From Dimorphilus gyrociliatus (Eukaryota > Animalia > Annelida), in assembly GCA_904063045.1 (NCBI GenBank), contig CAJFCJ010000008.1:1-64000 (forward strand): DNA of 64,000 bases. Reading direction: 5' to 3'. The notes under the pieces were generated by a model. The model was not told the DNA's origin. It did no database searches and saw nothing but the letters and a program-made list of their open reading frames with translations. This document shows positions 38,954-51,526 of the stretch, piece after piece. Numbering within the stretch: the stretch's first letter is position 1; every line of letters begins with the position of its first letter. The translations under genes and the position numbers were made by a program.

Positions 38954-40451
38954 CGGAAATAGAATGTCAATAAAACTCTCTTTCTACTTTCATTTCGCAA
39001 TCTCGCGCAATTATTTTGAATGACCAATAGTTTGAAATATTTCGTAAAAATCCATTTATTAATCATCTAGTGTTGAAATAAACGTATCATATGAATTTGT
39101 AATAATGCAATTATTCAAAGGATTAGTACTATCGTTTATATTCAAGCTCTACTAGCTATTAAACTCCCTTTCTATCTTAGAGAAGTAGGGATATTTCCAA
39201 CTTATACATAAGACTTATCATAAATATCGGCTTAACGATTACAAGAACCAATTGTACATTGGATATTTTATAAACATGTCACATATTCTTATTGACAATA
39301 GTATGAACATCTCAGTCCTTTTAGAGCACGTGCTCATCACGCTGGCTTCCATTGTGATATTCTTCCAAAAACGCATAACAAGTATAGAATTCCAATAGAG
39401 AATTAAATTCTAAAAAGAAGACAATATAAACGTTAGAATCTCAGGAAATTAGATGATATTGTTTATGTCTGTGGATCAAAATCTAACAGACATAAATAGA
39501 CTTTCGTCTATTTTTGCAAATAGAATTTCTAATAGCGAAGTATGACCTAGTTGAATTAAAAAGAGAATTTGTATCATATATTATCGTATAATGTTTAAAA
39601 TACAGATTTTAAACGTAAAAGTAAAGCTTACTAATATCTATATATATCTATTATATCGTATATATTACAGCTGTCGAATCTATAAATAGATTTCTACAAA
39701 ATACGTAACGGTTAAGACCAGTATACAAAAACTTAAAAAACATGATTATTAGCTGTTTACCTAATCTATAGGATATGATTGTTATTACAAACGATAATTA
39801 TTAATAAATCTAAGAAATCGAGTAATAGCATCTTCTAAATAGTTTGTTTTTTCATTTATTTGTTTATAATAACATAGAAATGTAACACTTTTCTTCTTAG
39901 AAAACGGTGCAATCTTCACTTCTTTCACTTGTTGTAAAATTGCAATAGGATTTAAGTGAATATTAAGAGAATTTATACTAATTCTACTAAAAAGGTAAAT
40001 ATAGATTTATAATATTTTGGAGAAAGAAATGGCATCATTTTATAAATATACAACATTTCTTTAACATCTAAATTAAGTTCAACGTACAAAAGTCTTAGCC
40101 AACAAGGAGATATAACAAAGGACGAAAGACAATAGTTTTGTTTATTTTTTCTATAAATCTCTCTTGAATTAAAAGCTTAAAAGATAAGAATTTAATTTCA
40201 AACTACTTGAATAATGAATAGTTTTATAAAATTTATTCATATTTTCTTTTATAAATTACTTAATTAATTGTAAACTTTATTAAAAAATTATTCATTGACA
40301 TTGAAAGTATAATTTCAAGTAAACAAGATATAAAATAGTGTTCAAAGTTCACAAGATTTTCTGTTTAAAAGTATTTTATTCTTCATTCTAGACTTGAAAC
40401 TCGTATAATACAGAAAAGAAAATTGGAATTTACTTAATAAAACAAAAAACC

Positions 40452-41801
40452 ATGACTTTAATGTAAAATTTACGATTTTTCCTTTATATATTTCAATATT
40501 AAATATTATATTTTCATTGTTTTTCAGTTTAAAACTACTTATGATAATTAGTTTATGTAAAAGTTCATGTTCTTTATCTTTGGAATTTAGTAAGGCTTTA
40601 AAAAGTGAAATATTAGGAAAGTATGACGAATGTATTAAAATTCGTAATAATATAGGATATTGTAGAAATGAAATGAGTTTAGGTAAGTTTACTTTTTCAT
40701 TTTAATTGATTAATTAAAATATTTTATCAATTTCTTATCTATTTTTAGAAACATATTTATATATAACAAGGAAATGTTCAGCTATAGCTTCAGTAGGAAA
40801 ATATGATAAATGCGTTCATAATTTCTTCAAAGGTAATAGATCAAAGTAATATTATTAAATCTATAAATAACATTGTTCTATCTCAGATAAATGCGCTGAA
40901 AATAATGGCGGATGTTCACATATTTGTGTAGATGAGGGTACACATCATTTTTGTCAATGTAAAGATGGATTTAAATTATTATCGGATAAAAAGACTTGTC
41001 AAAGTAAAAATATCCTTTTTATTCATAAATGCCAAATTGGATATAGAGATAATAATAAAAACATATATAAATACGAAGACGATGACTGCTTGAATAGAAT
41101 TTTTAAAGTTAATACTTCTCCAAATACAACTAAAAGTTTTGACTATCATTTTACATTTAAATATAATCCTGGAATAAAAAGTCAACTACAAGTATTGAAA
41201 AGTTTTCCAACGGCTATCATATCTTACGGGATAACTAATTCAAATATAACGGTTTATAAGATCTCGTCCGATTCAAGTAAGTAAATATATTCTCTTCTTC
41301 AAGATTATATATGAAATTTTTAATGGATATAATCAATTTTTTGATACTTTATACATCTATTTATCTATCTATCTATATATATACTGTATATATATACATA
41401 TATATAGACTCTAAACAACGAATAATTTTACAAAACACACCAAATTGTCAACCTCAGCATTACGATAGGAAAAAACCATATCAAGGAATCATTTCCTGTA
41501 AGAGTCAAATCGATTTGTCAAATACTAATATCCGTATTAACGAGAGGTAAGTAATAAATACTTAACTTTTGATATTTTACTATAAATTATGATTATTATA
41601 TTTTATAGATTATGCGTTCGTTTATCAATTACAACTGGTGGAAGAGCTGTTTTTAGCTTAGGAAAGAGTAAATATAGAAATCCAAAATTTTTATTCAATT
41701 CAATAGAAGATACTGTTGAAAATTGTATTGAATATAAAAAGGACTTGTATCATATTGTCTTAGATAAGATATTAAGTATTATTAAGTATTTTAAAAGTTA
41801 A
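40452..41801 (+). CDS. Secreted single-EGF protein, paralog A, 323 aa
   Basis: Exons 40452-40462, 40528-40682, 40749-40832, 40887-41276, 41408-41546 and 41609-41801 splice in frame. Signal peptide [14 protein letters not shown]; [39 protein letters not shown]. Confidence 0.8.
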
Positions 41802-42286
41802 TTAAAAACATTAGTTTTCCTTATCTTCTCATTTGTTAAGTTGGATAATTATGTGTTAAAAGTTATGACATTTTTGTTTTCAAAATTAATACATTTCTCT
41901 TACAATACGATCGTCTTTAACTTATTGCTCTATTTGTTAGAATAGGCTTTTGAAAGACTATATATCCTAATGCTCATTAATATTCAAAATGCATATTAGC
42001 TTGAATACGAAATATTTCATCGATTTTATCATATAATATCAAAATAATGAATATTTTATAGCATTTAGGTAAAAAATGATTTAAAATTCAGGTAAACAAC
42101 TTATCTAATCTATATATTTATGCTGGCAGTTTATTCCGATCTTTTTCGACAATCGAGTATATCGACTATTAGCCTATTTGTTTTATTTAATTCATCGTTT
42201 AGAAAGGCATCAGAGGTAAATAAAGAGCTTTGTTATAGTTCATTAAAAATAGTAAACAATTTAAAAATAAACGTTTTTTCATCAAG

Positions 42287-43473
42287 ATGAAATTGTTAAT
42301 GATACTATTGCTCATCACTGGGATATGTGTTCAGTCTTCATTCTCTTCCAAGCATCGAAAAATTGTTTCAAACGCCTATAAAGACTGTCTTAGATATGAG
42401 AAACGACACTGCGTAAAACATATTATTCACGGTATAGATATATTTAACACAGTAGAAAGTATGTTTTAATTATAAAATTTCATTTAAGGATACAGAACTT
42501 GTTCAAGGCATTTACGCCTACTAGACTTCCAGAGATGCCTTGAAAAAGGATATAAAAGTTGTAAACATTATCTTTATTATATTATTTTATTAACAGAGTA
42601 TAATATAAAATAATTCAGATAAATGCAAGGATAGTAATGGAGATTGCTCACAGATATGCCTATCAAAGGGAAACAAGCATTTTTGTTCTTGTACAGATGG
42701 TTTCAAATTAATGGAAGATGGAAGAACTTGTAAAGGTTTGTATTTTTGTTTATAGTTTTATTGTTAGTTATATTCTTTTTTTTTATATAAGAAAAACTAC
42801 TTCCACACCTGTATAAATGTACTATTTCTTATGGGCTAATTAGTGAAGAGACAATGATGTTCGAACCTAATAGCTGTTCAGATAGGCCTTTCGAAAATTA
42901 TAGTATTTTCGATATACCTGAACTAGTTGACTACAACTTTGAATTTAGCTTCAATCCGGAAATAGAAGAAGAAGTAGAACTATACGAAACTATACCATCA
43001 GTGAAATCGTTTTATGGAGTGACTAAATCAACAGTATCAGTTTTAAAGAACAATGATTTATTAAGTAAACTTTAAGTTACTTTCATTGAACTTTTATGTA
43101 TAACTTTTAATAAGAGATTTTCTTTAAGATGCCATGGTTGAAGTAATAACTGATAGTTCCATCAAGTGTACATCTCAAGTTTACAATAGAGATAGTCCAT
43201 TTAAAGGAAAGATCGTTTGTAATAGTCAAATTAAATTGACTAGTTTACATCTAAAGAGCGGTGATAGGTAATTAAATTATCATTAATTAATATGTAAAAT
43301 ACTTAATAACTATTAATATTACTTTTAACAGAATTTGCATAAAACTAAATATAGTTACTGGTGGAAAAGTTAGATTTATACTTCATGATTCAGAAATGGA
43401 ACAACCAGAGTTGAGATTGAATTCAAAAATTGATAGAATTTCAAGATGCGTTACAATTGAAAGAGAACCATGA
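42287..43473 (+). CDS. Secreted single-EGF protein, paralog B, 294 aa
   Basis: Exons 42287-42431, 42489-42557, 42619-42735, 42792-43064, 43129-43267 and 43332-43473 splice in frame. Signal peptide MKLLMILLLITGIC; EGF CKDSNGDCSQICLSKGNKHFCSCTDGFKLMEDGRTC. Confidence 0.82.
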
Positions 43474-43931
43474 TTTAAGATTTAAGTCATCATCTATCAT
43501 AATCCTACTTATATTTCTTCTGATTGTACTTTGTACTATTTCTATAAATGTCAATATTTTATTGTTGATTTATTAAATGTTGATAAACTAAAGGAAACTT
43601 TGAGAAATTCTCTCCAATTAGCTTAATCTTTCGAATATCTCTGATTAATAATAATCCTTTTAAACGAACGTTTACCCAACTGATTTTGATTCGATGGATA
43701 ATTATCCATGTCCTTCAATTAGTCTAAACAGAATTATGTTATTCGATAAGCTGATTTATTGAATTTATTGTAAAAAGAAACTACTAAAAGTAGTTTCTTT
43801 TGAAAGAAGCGCCAATTTTACTCTTAGTGCATTCAATAGATGGCACTACTTAGAGGTGTTCCCATATATCGCCTCTTATCTAAATGTATTAAAAGAAATT
43901 ATTCTTTAATGATATCTACACATAATTAAAA

Positions 43932-45515
43932 ATGGCCAATAACGGTGTTACATATAAATATCTTGGTAAATCAGGACTTAAAGTATCAACAATATGTTTG
44001 GGTACCATGACATTTGGTCATAAGGAGGTAAAATATTTTTTACATTAAATAGTTTATTAAAACTATTCATGTCCTCTAATTGGCCCAATTAGAATTATGC
44101 TGTTCAATGTGACGAAGAACAATCGCACGCAATACTGGACAAATTCGTGGAAATGGGTGGAAATTTTATCGATACTGCCGACGTTTATACGGGGGGATCG
44201 TCTGAAAAGATAATTGGAAATTGGTTAAGCAGGTAATATTAGTATAATTAAACATTATAATGGTTTATTGCACAAGATGTGCTGGTTAAAGAGATAATTG
44301 ATAAATCTAATCTTATATTGTATTATACTAAAGGCAAAAGGATAGAAGTCGATTAATACTTGCGACTAAAGTTAGAGGCAACATGGATCCTTCAAACCCT
44401 AATGCGTTGGGCCTTAGTAGAATGCACATTATGAATGCTATTGACAACAGTTTAGAACGCTTACAAACTGATTATATAGACCTATACCAGGCATAGAAAA
44501 GGTGATTTTTAACTTAAGAAGTAGAGAATAATGAGCTTTTATTTTAGGCACATGCATGGGATGATGGAACGCCTATTGAGGAAACTTTTACGGCTCTCAA
44601 CGACCTAGTTTCAATGGGTAAAGTACGATACATTGGCGTTTCTAATGTAACTGGCTGGCAGTTACAAAAAATCGTCGATATGTGCAATTACAGACAATTA
44701 TCACCTATTACAACCCTACAGGTTGAATATAATTTAAAATCTTTTGTATTGATATACTAACTGATAAGGTACTCTTTTCTTCTATATAAACACAAAATAG
44801 CAACAATGGAGCCTGTTAACTCGGGAAACAGAATATGAGCTGGTTGATGTTTGCCAGAATGAAGGAGTTGGAGTTTTACCCTGGAGTCCATTGAAAGGGT
44901 AGGAGTTTTCTTTATTTATTCTTTGATTTGTAGCTTAGAGAATGGTCAAAGATTACCGATTATTATTGTTGTATTTGTTGTTATTATTTATAGAGGCTGG
45001 CTGAGCGGAAAAATACAAAGGGACGGTGAACTGGAAAAAGGAAGCCGAATTGCCTGGACATCGGAAGATCCTGCTAGACTAGTTCAAAGCCATCCCACTT
45101 TTGATCAATTCAACAACGATAGAGTCTGGAAACTATTGGATACAATAAAAACTATTGGATCTTCTCATGGTAATCAATTCATCAAGTTTTCCCCATTTTC
45201 CTTGACAATACCCCTTTTACAGGTAAATCTGTAGCTCAAGTATCTCTTAAATGGTTATTAGAGAAGGATGTTGTTTCCTCTGTTGTTATTGGAGCAAAGA
45301 ATTTGAAACAACTGGAGGACAATATGGGAGCCGGAGCAGAATGGAATTTATCAAAGGAAGATGTAAGAAATTAAACTATAAATCAATTTGAAATTTTCGC
45401 CTAATTTAATTTTTCTACATTTTAACAGATGAACATTTTGAATGATTTATCTATGCCAAACATTCCATATCCATACGAAATGGTTTCAAGGGTAAATAAG
45501 ACCAGAAAACGCTGA
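43932..45515 (+). CDS. Aldo-keto reductase (YajO/Kv-beta-like group), multi-exon
   Basis: [27 protein letters not shown] (catalytic Asp/Tyr), LATKV (Lys), [14 protein letters not shown]|AH (His), [24 protein letters not shown] and [13 protein letters not shown]. Requires a GC-AG intron at 44491-44547. Confidence 0.92.
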
Positions 45516-45698
45516 TTGATTAATGATTTCTGTTTATAACATATTTTGATTTTTATTATAAAAGAAAATCTAATGAAAATAATCAATTGATTAGTCGAAT
45601 AAAAAATAAACAAAACAAAAACAAAACAAAACAACAAAGAAAAGGAAAAAAAATGGAAAATAAAGAGAAACAAAAAACAAAAGATGAAGAAACAGTAT

Positions 45699-48600
45699 TT
45701 ATAAAACAGTTTTATATTTCATCTTTTCTTCACATAAACTCCTTACGTCGCCGTTGCATTCGTCGTATCGATTCCCTTGGCAGTGTTCCTGACGAAAAGG
45801 GGGAAGAAGATAGGTTATAATGATACTTAGAGAAATGGAATTATACTATTTTCTCCTACCTTCACACACTTCCATATATTAAACTCTAGACTATATTCGT
45901 CATATATTTTACACCAATTATTAAATTCCTGCCTCCAAATGCATTCTGCATCGTTAGGTATACAATCTGGAAAACGTTACACAAATAAATAGTACAATCG
46001 CATTATTTCTGTTTGTTCCTACCGCTAACTAAAACCTCCCAAACTGCTAGAACAACATTGTTCTGCCCAGTGGTACAACTATATATTCCTTGCTCCAAAG
46101 AAGATATTTCCCATATTATTAAGGAATTAGTCTTATCCATTGTGAATTTATTACTATTAAAGTTTATCATTTGATTACCCAAGAACCAGTTAACACTTTC
46201 AGTTGTATCACAAAATGATGAACAACTCAACAAAACGTTTCTGTTTGTACCGCGAATGGCTTTTTTCATTAATCTCACACGGTCTCTTTCTTTAATGCAA
46301 TAGTTTGAGCTTATTAAATTGTGAATAGATTCTAGACTATTCATATTTATAATATTATTATGGATCATTCCATTCGAGCAATAAAGCAACGGTGGAACTT
46401 TCCTAGACGATTCTTGTCTAAAGTTGCATTCGTTTAACTTTGGATGCCACGAGCACATTGGATCGCTTACGCAGGTTGTACATGATGTATAACTTCCGCA
46501 AAGCTTATCAATATTTAATTTACCAACATGAAAGTCTGTTGTAAAGTATAGCGTCTCTTGAACTAATGCTATTGTTTTAAAGAATTCGAAATGAATGGAC
46601 GGAGTGAATACAGCTATTTCAGCAATGAATATTAATTTATCTTCTTTTGTTGACACTACTCTTAAAATACTCCTTCGATTCGTTGTTATGTAATAAATAT
46701 TATAATCTAAATCCTGATCTATCGCCATCTTACTCCAAAAAGATGCTGTTTCAGAAATTAATATAATTTTGCCAATCGATTCTTCTGGTTTTAACGTCGA
46801 CTTCTTTAAAAATTTTAATATATTCCTTTCTTTAGACTTTCTAAACTGTTTAGGCCTGCAACGACCGGGTAGATAAGGTATATCCTTCCCAATTTCAACG
46901 GAAGTTTTCTCAAAATACCGAACAGAATCGACAGAAAAAGACTTGAAAAAATCTCTACTATCAAATATTTTTACTATATTTTCAACTGCAAAACTGCATA
47001 AGGCCGATTGTACAAGTTTTTTACTGCAAGTAGAAGAACTATATATTAGTATTAACTTAAAAATAGATTTAGGCAAGTTTCTATGTGAATATATATAATG
47101 TCAATTATTTAAAATAAGAAATTTTTTTGTATACATACTTGTTACCATTAGTTACAAAAAGACCGTAAAAATACTTTTTATCCTTACTTAAAGAAACGTC
47201 AACTGTCGAATTATTATATTTTTTTATAGTAATTAATATTTTAACAGTTTTTTTTTTTAAAAAAAAAAAAGACAAATAATTACCTAATCTGTTAAAAAAT
47301 ACTGTTTGATCTATTGAGAATTTATCGTCTGTTTGGCAAACTAGGCTTATTTTTACGAAACTCGACCAACTATCCAACTTTGCCGAATCTTTCTATAAGA
47401 ACAAAAGTTAGCCATTAATTATAATTTTGAATACTTTCCTTTGTATAATAAACATATATAAATAAACATGAGTTTTCATAAGTATAAAACATACTTTGCA
47501 TATCCTCGCAACTCTACTGACTATTCTCTGTGGTTGAGATTTAGGAAGAGATAATTCTATTGCTAATTCGTTGTAGAAGACAAATAAAAATTCGTCCATT
47601 TCCACCATCTTTATTACCGTCGAGTGTTCTTGATAAACGATGGAAAGACAACAAAGAGTATTATTTAAATTGTATAGTTATTTTTTTAAAAGGAAAGAAA
47701 CGTTTTCCCACAAAGCAAAACCGTGTGAAAAAGGGGCGTGGGTGGGAGATAGCGGAAGGGACGACTTGACATTTACAAAGTAAGAGCATTTTGTCAAGTT
47801 GATATGGACATTACAAATGTCGTATCCATTAGATTAAATAAAAGATTTCCTTTTTATCTTTTTTCTGTATCAGTTGATAATTAATTTAAATTAACTAACC
47901 TGACGGATAGATAAGGTGATTATTGTCTAATTTTAAATTTAATCCGACAACTCGATTTCTTCTATGATCGAATTGATATCTCCAAAGAACGTTATACACT
48001 CTAAAACTTTCATGCTCCAGCATTGAACCAGCCCGAAATACTGCTAAGCGATTTCCAGGCGTCTTCTTATCGCTAAGTAGGACCGTCATATTCCAATTTG
48101 GAAGACCAGAACAGAATACGTAACCAACTGGTAATTTTCTATTTAAATTTGTTTTTATTCTCAAATTCTCCTTCTGCATTAAACGATACTCAAAAAACAT
48201 CGGTTAGGCCTAAGTTGGTACTTACGTCTAAAACGTACAGCTGCGGATAGGCGTAATTCGTTCCGCAAGTTATAATTTCCTTATCATAGTTAACAACGTA
48301 CGCATCATTCAATAACTTTTCCAAAGGTACATCTAACCCAACAAAGTGGATAAGATTCATACAAAGTTGAGATGATTTATCTCCAGCTTTTCGCCTACAA
48401 TTTGATACTTTTGTTTCTCTATCGGATGTAATTTCGTCCGATTTTATAACATCCCTTAGCAGGTTTTTCATATTAAATCTATATAAATATCGCCTGGGCG
48501 AAAAATAAATAAAACACCGGTTAAAATTTATATACAAACTAGGCCTAAAACAACTTACTCTGATCCTACGTAAAAAATATTCTCTTCTGGAACAAACTTG

Positions 48601-49759
48601 ACGTAGTGAAAATATCTCGGTTTGTTTTCAGTATATATTTGTAGTCCTATACAATAAGAGGGAAAAAAAACATAAAAATACATAACAAATAGAGTGAAGA
48701 TTTTAGATGACGTTGTCTCGCCTTTCTAATCTTTTAAGCTTATCCTTAATTATTCATAAATAATTCATGTTGTCAGTAAAAACTATAGTATATAAAATAT
48801 ATATATATATATATATATAGACGTGTATCTACGTCTGTCAATGACGGCGTGTTATTATTTTCTTTTATATAGTAAAATAATATTACTATTTCAATGATTG
48901 ATTATGATAGAAAATAGACAGAGAAAAACATAAAAGATTATTGAATAACATTAGAATTAACGTTGATTTTTTTAATTATAATTAATATTTAATATTTAAT
49001 ATTTAAATAGATAAATGAATATTGCATATATATATATATATATATATATTAGTTTATACAGTAAATAGTGATCTACTACTATATGATACAATCATTGAAC
49101 TGCGAAGTAAACATAATATCGCTACTTGATAATATATTAATAAAACATTATTGTTTACATTCAGTTATTGCTGTCTGGGGGTATGATAATATATTAAAAC
49201 TGGAATAAAAGATATATTATAATCTTTTCAGCATATCTAATTGGCCGTAAAATATATTATGAAGAGAGAAAAGATAGATTTTCCTGTAATTATTAATTAT
49301 TAACTATATAAATCATATTCGATTTATATTTATTTATGAATTTACTGCTTTTCTTTTGTTTGTCTCTTTGTTGTTGTTGTTGCTGCTGTTTTTATTTTTT
49401 TGTCCTATTGACTAACTTGTTTTCAATCAATTCAACGAACCGCAAATTGATAATTTATTTAGCAGTAGCGATTTATCCTTATCAATTGTAATCGTTAAAT
49501 TATACTGTATAACCTAAAAAAGAAAGTAGGCAAAGTTTTAACTATAATTTTGTTATTTTTACTTTCTACTTTTTACGGATTACTGATTAGATAAGCTGAC
49601 ATTTTTTTCTATATAAAAAAGAAATATACACAATTTATACTGACCTTTTAAATTGTTTCTTTCTAAATTAAAGATATCCGGATTATTGTTGGACTGAGCT
49701 AAAATGAATGGTACTATATTTAATAACAAGCCATAAAAGTTAATAATACTAGTATCCAT
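45699..49759 (-). CDS. Divergent secreted semaphorin, class-2-like (signal peptide, Sema, PSI, Ig, no TM)
   Basis: Signal exon 49645-49759; exons 48559-48646, 48226-48493 and 47900-48173 checked in frame. Motifs CGTNYAYP, SRVARICK, WSSFVKISLVC, SALCSF, PYLPGRC, PSI CGSYTSCTTCVSDPMCSW, Ig GIYSC, then WRQEFNNWCKIYDEY like the Sema2 tail. Last exon 45699-45788. Confidence 0.8.
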
Positions 49760-51317
49760 CCTTCTCTTTCTTGTTATTATGTATGGTAAATATAAAGTAC
49801 AAAGAACTCGCCAAAACTCCACCTAATAATAACGTTTAACTACATGCTGCAAATTTAAATGCTCCTAGCGCCACGTAGTTATAACTTCTTTTTATCTGGA
49901 AAATGTAAACTTTTCCAATAGAGATAAAGATTTCGTCTAAATACGTAAGAGTACGTTAAAAGAGGAGTTGGATTAGGGGATGCTTGTGGAAATTCTTTTC
50001 CGTTCTATTCATTTGACCGAGTATGAACTTCCTGGTTAACAATCAATTCAAGTGATTATTGAAGTCTTCTTTTCATCTGTAAACATCAATTTCTTTTCGT
50101 ATAATAGATGTATTTCGTTATTACTGCTCTTACTTGTTGATTCTTTATAGAATGCATTAGATTCTCTTTTAAGATTGTTACTGAATTGTATTTTGTATAC
50201 TTGATCAGATCACGTATGCTTTTCAGGCTAATTTCATCAGTTGTTAATTGGCTGAAGCAGTGCCTAAATTCACTACTATTAGTGAAAAATCAATCTAAAA
50301 AACGCATTGTCTTTTTCGACAATGTAGAAATAACTGTACGCTTATTTATTTACATTACATAATACTTCAATTACTTAGCAGTCATCCGCAAATTTTACAG
50401 TTTTATCTATGTTTTTAAATAAAAAAAATAAAAGAATCTTTCCTTATCCAATTTATTCTAAATTTCTATCACGTGCTATCACCTTACCCTTCTCTGGGAG
50501 GGAAAGGTTTCCTCATATATCAGCATTAAGGAGATTCTATCTAAAATTCTTTTCCATTATAAAGAAGAGGGGAAAAAAAGGTAATTAACTACTTAAACAA
50601 TTATAAATGTGGAATATATTGGATTTATTTTAATTGAAGAAACCTTATTATTATCGTTTTCATCTTGGAAAATCATCATTCTTTCTCCCTTTTCTTGTTA
50701 TCTTATCTATAGAAATAAAAAATATTCTAACCCTTTGAAATGACCTTTTAACTCATTAAAAAATGGCTTACGAAAGTAAATATTACTTATAAAAAAATCT
50801 ACTAGAAGAGATGTTTATGCTTCTTCTTCTTCTTCTTCTTATGTATTCAATAGAGATTTTAATCTTCTGTTAACTAAAGATTTTAATCCTTCTACTTTTT
50901 TGTTTTTCCTTCCTTCCCTAATGAATTCAATAACTAGATGACGGATAACAGATGGCGTTACCAGAATGTTACAAATACTTTCCTATTCGAGTTAGAAAAT
51001 AATACAATATCCCGTTTCATTAGCAATAATAAACAAAAAAGAAGATACATTTGAGCCTAATAATAGTAACCAAGATAATAATTTCATAAACAGTAAAGGT
51101 TAAGTTTTCTTTCCCATTATATCATATTGAAAGATAAACAAACCTACATCTTAAAATTGAACTTGTTAAGGTAAAAATTGTCAATATTTGTTTCTTTTTT
51201 TTTTTAAAAAAAAAATAATGATGAAAAAATTTTCTTTATTATATTTCCTTTTAGTTACAGTAATAACTAAATAAAAAACAAATGTTTAATATTGAGAAAA
51301 TAAAATATGAAAAAAGT

Positions 51318-51322
<5 letters not shown>

Positions 51323-51352
<30 letters not shown>
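51323..51352. repeat. (TA)15 microsatellite
   Basis: Read directly. Similar TA runs occur at about 48797-48818, 49026-49048 and 54607-54634. Confidence 0.95.
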
Positions 51353-51355
<3 letters not shown>

Positions 51356-51526
51356 TCTTCTTATTCTTCTTCCTGTCATTGAAAATAGAATAGATGCTAT
51401 CACATAAATTAAATAGCAGAAAGGAAATAAGCACCATCTTAATGCAACAAATGTAAAAAATAAAAAAAAAACACAACAATAACACATCTTTTTATTTACT
51501 ATGATGATAGAATCTATAACAATTGA

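Noticed and set aside
39189-39406. Short open frames between NADAR and EGF paralog A
   Set aside because: No consistent splice model or recognisable motif was found on either strand.
41004-41048. Apparent intron in EGF paralog A needing an odd GAG acceptor
   Set aside because: The sequence reads through in frame and aligns with paralog B, so there is no intron here.
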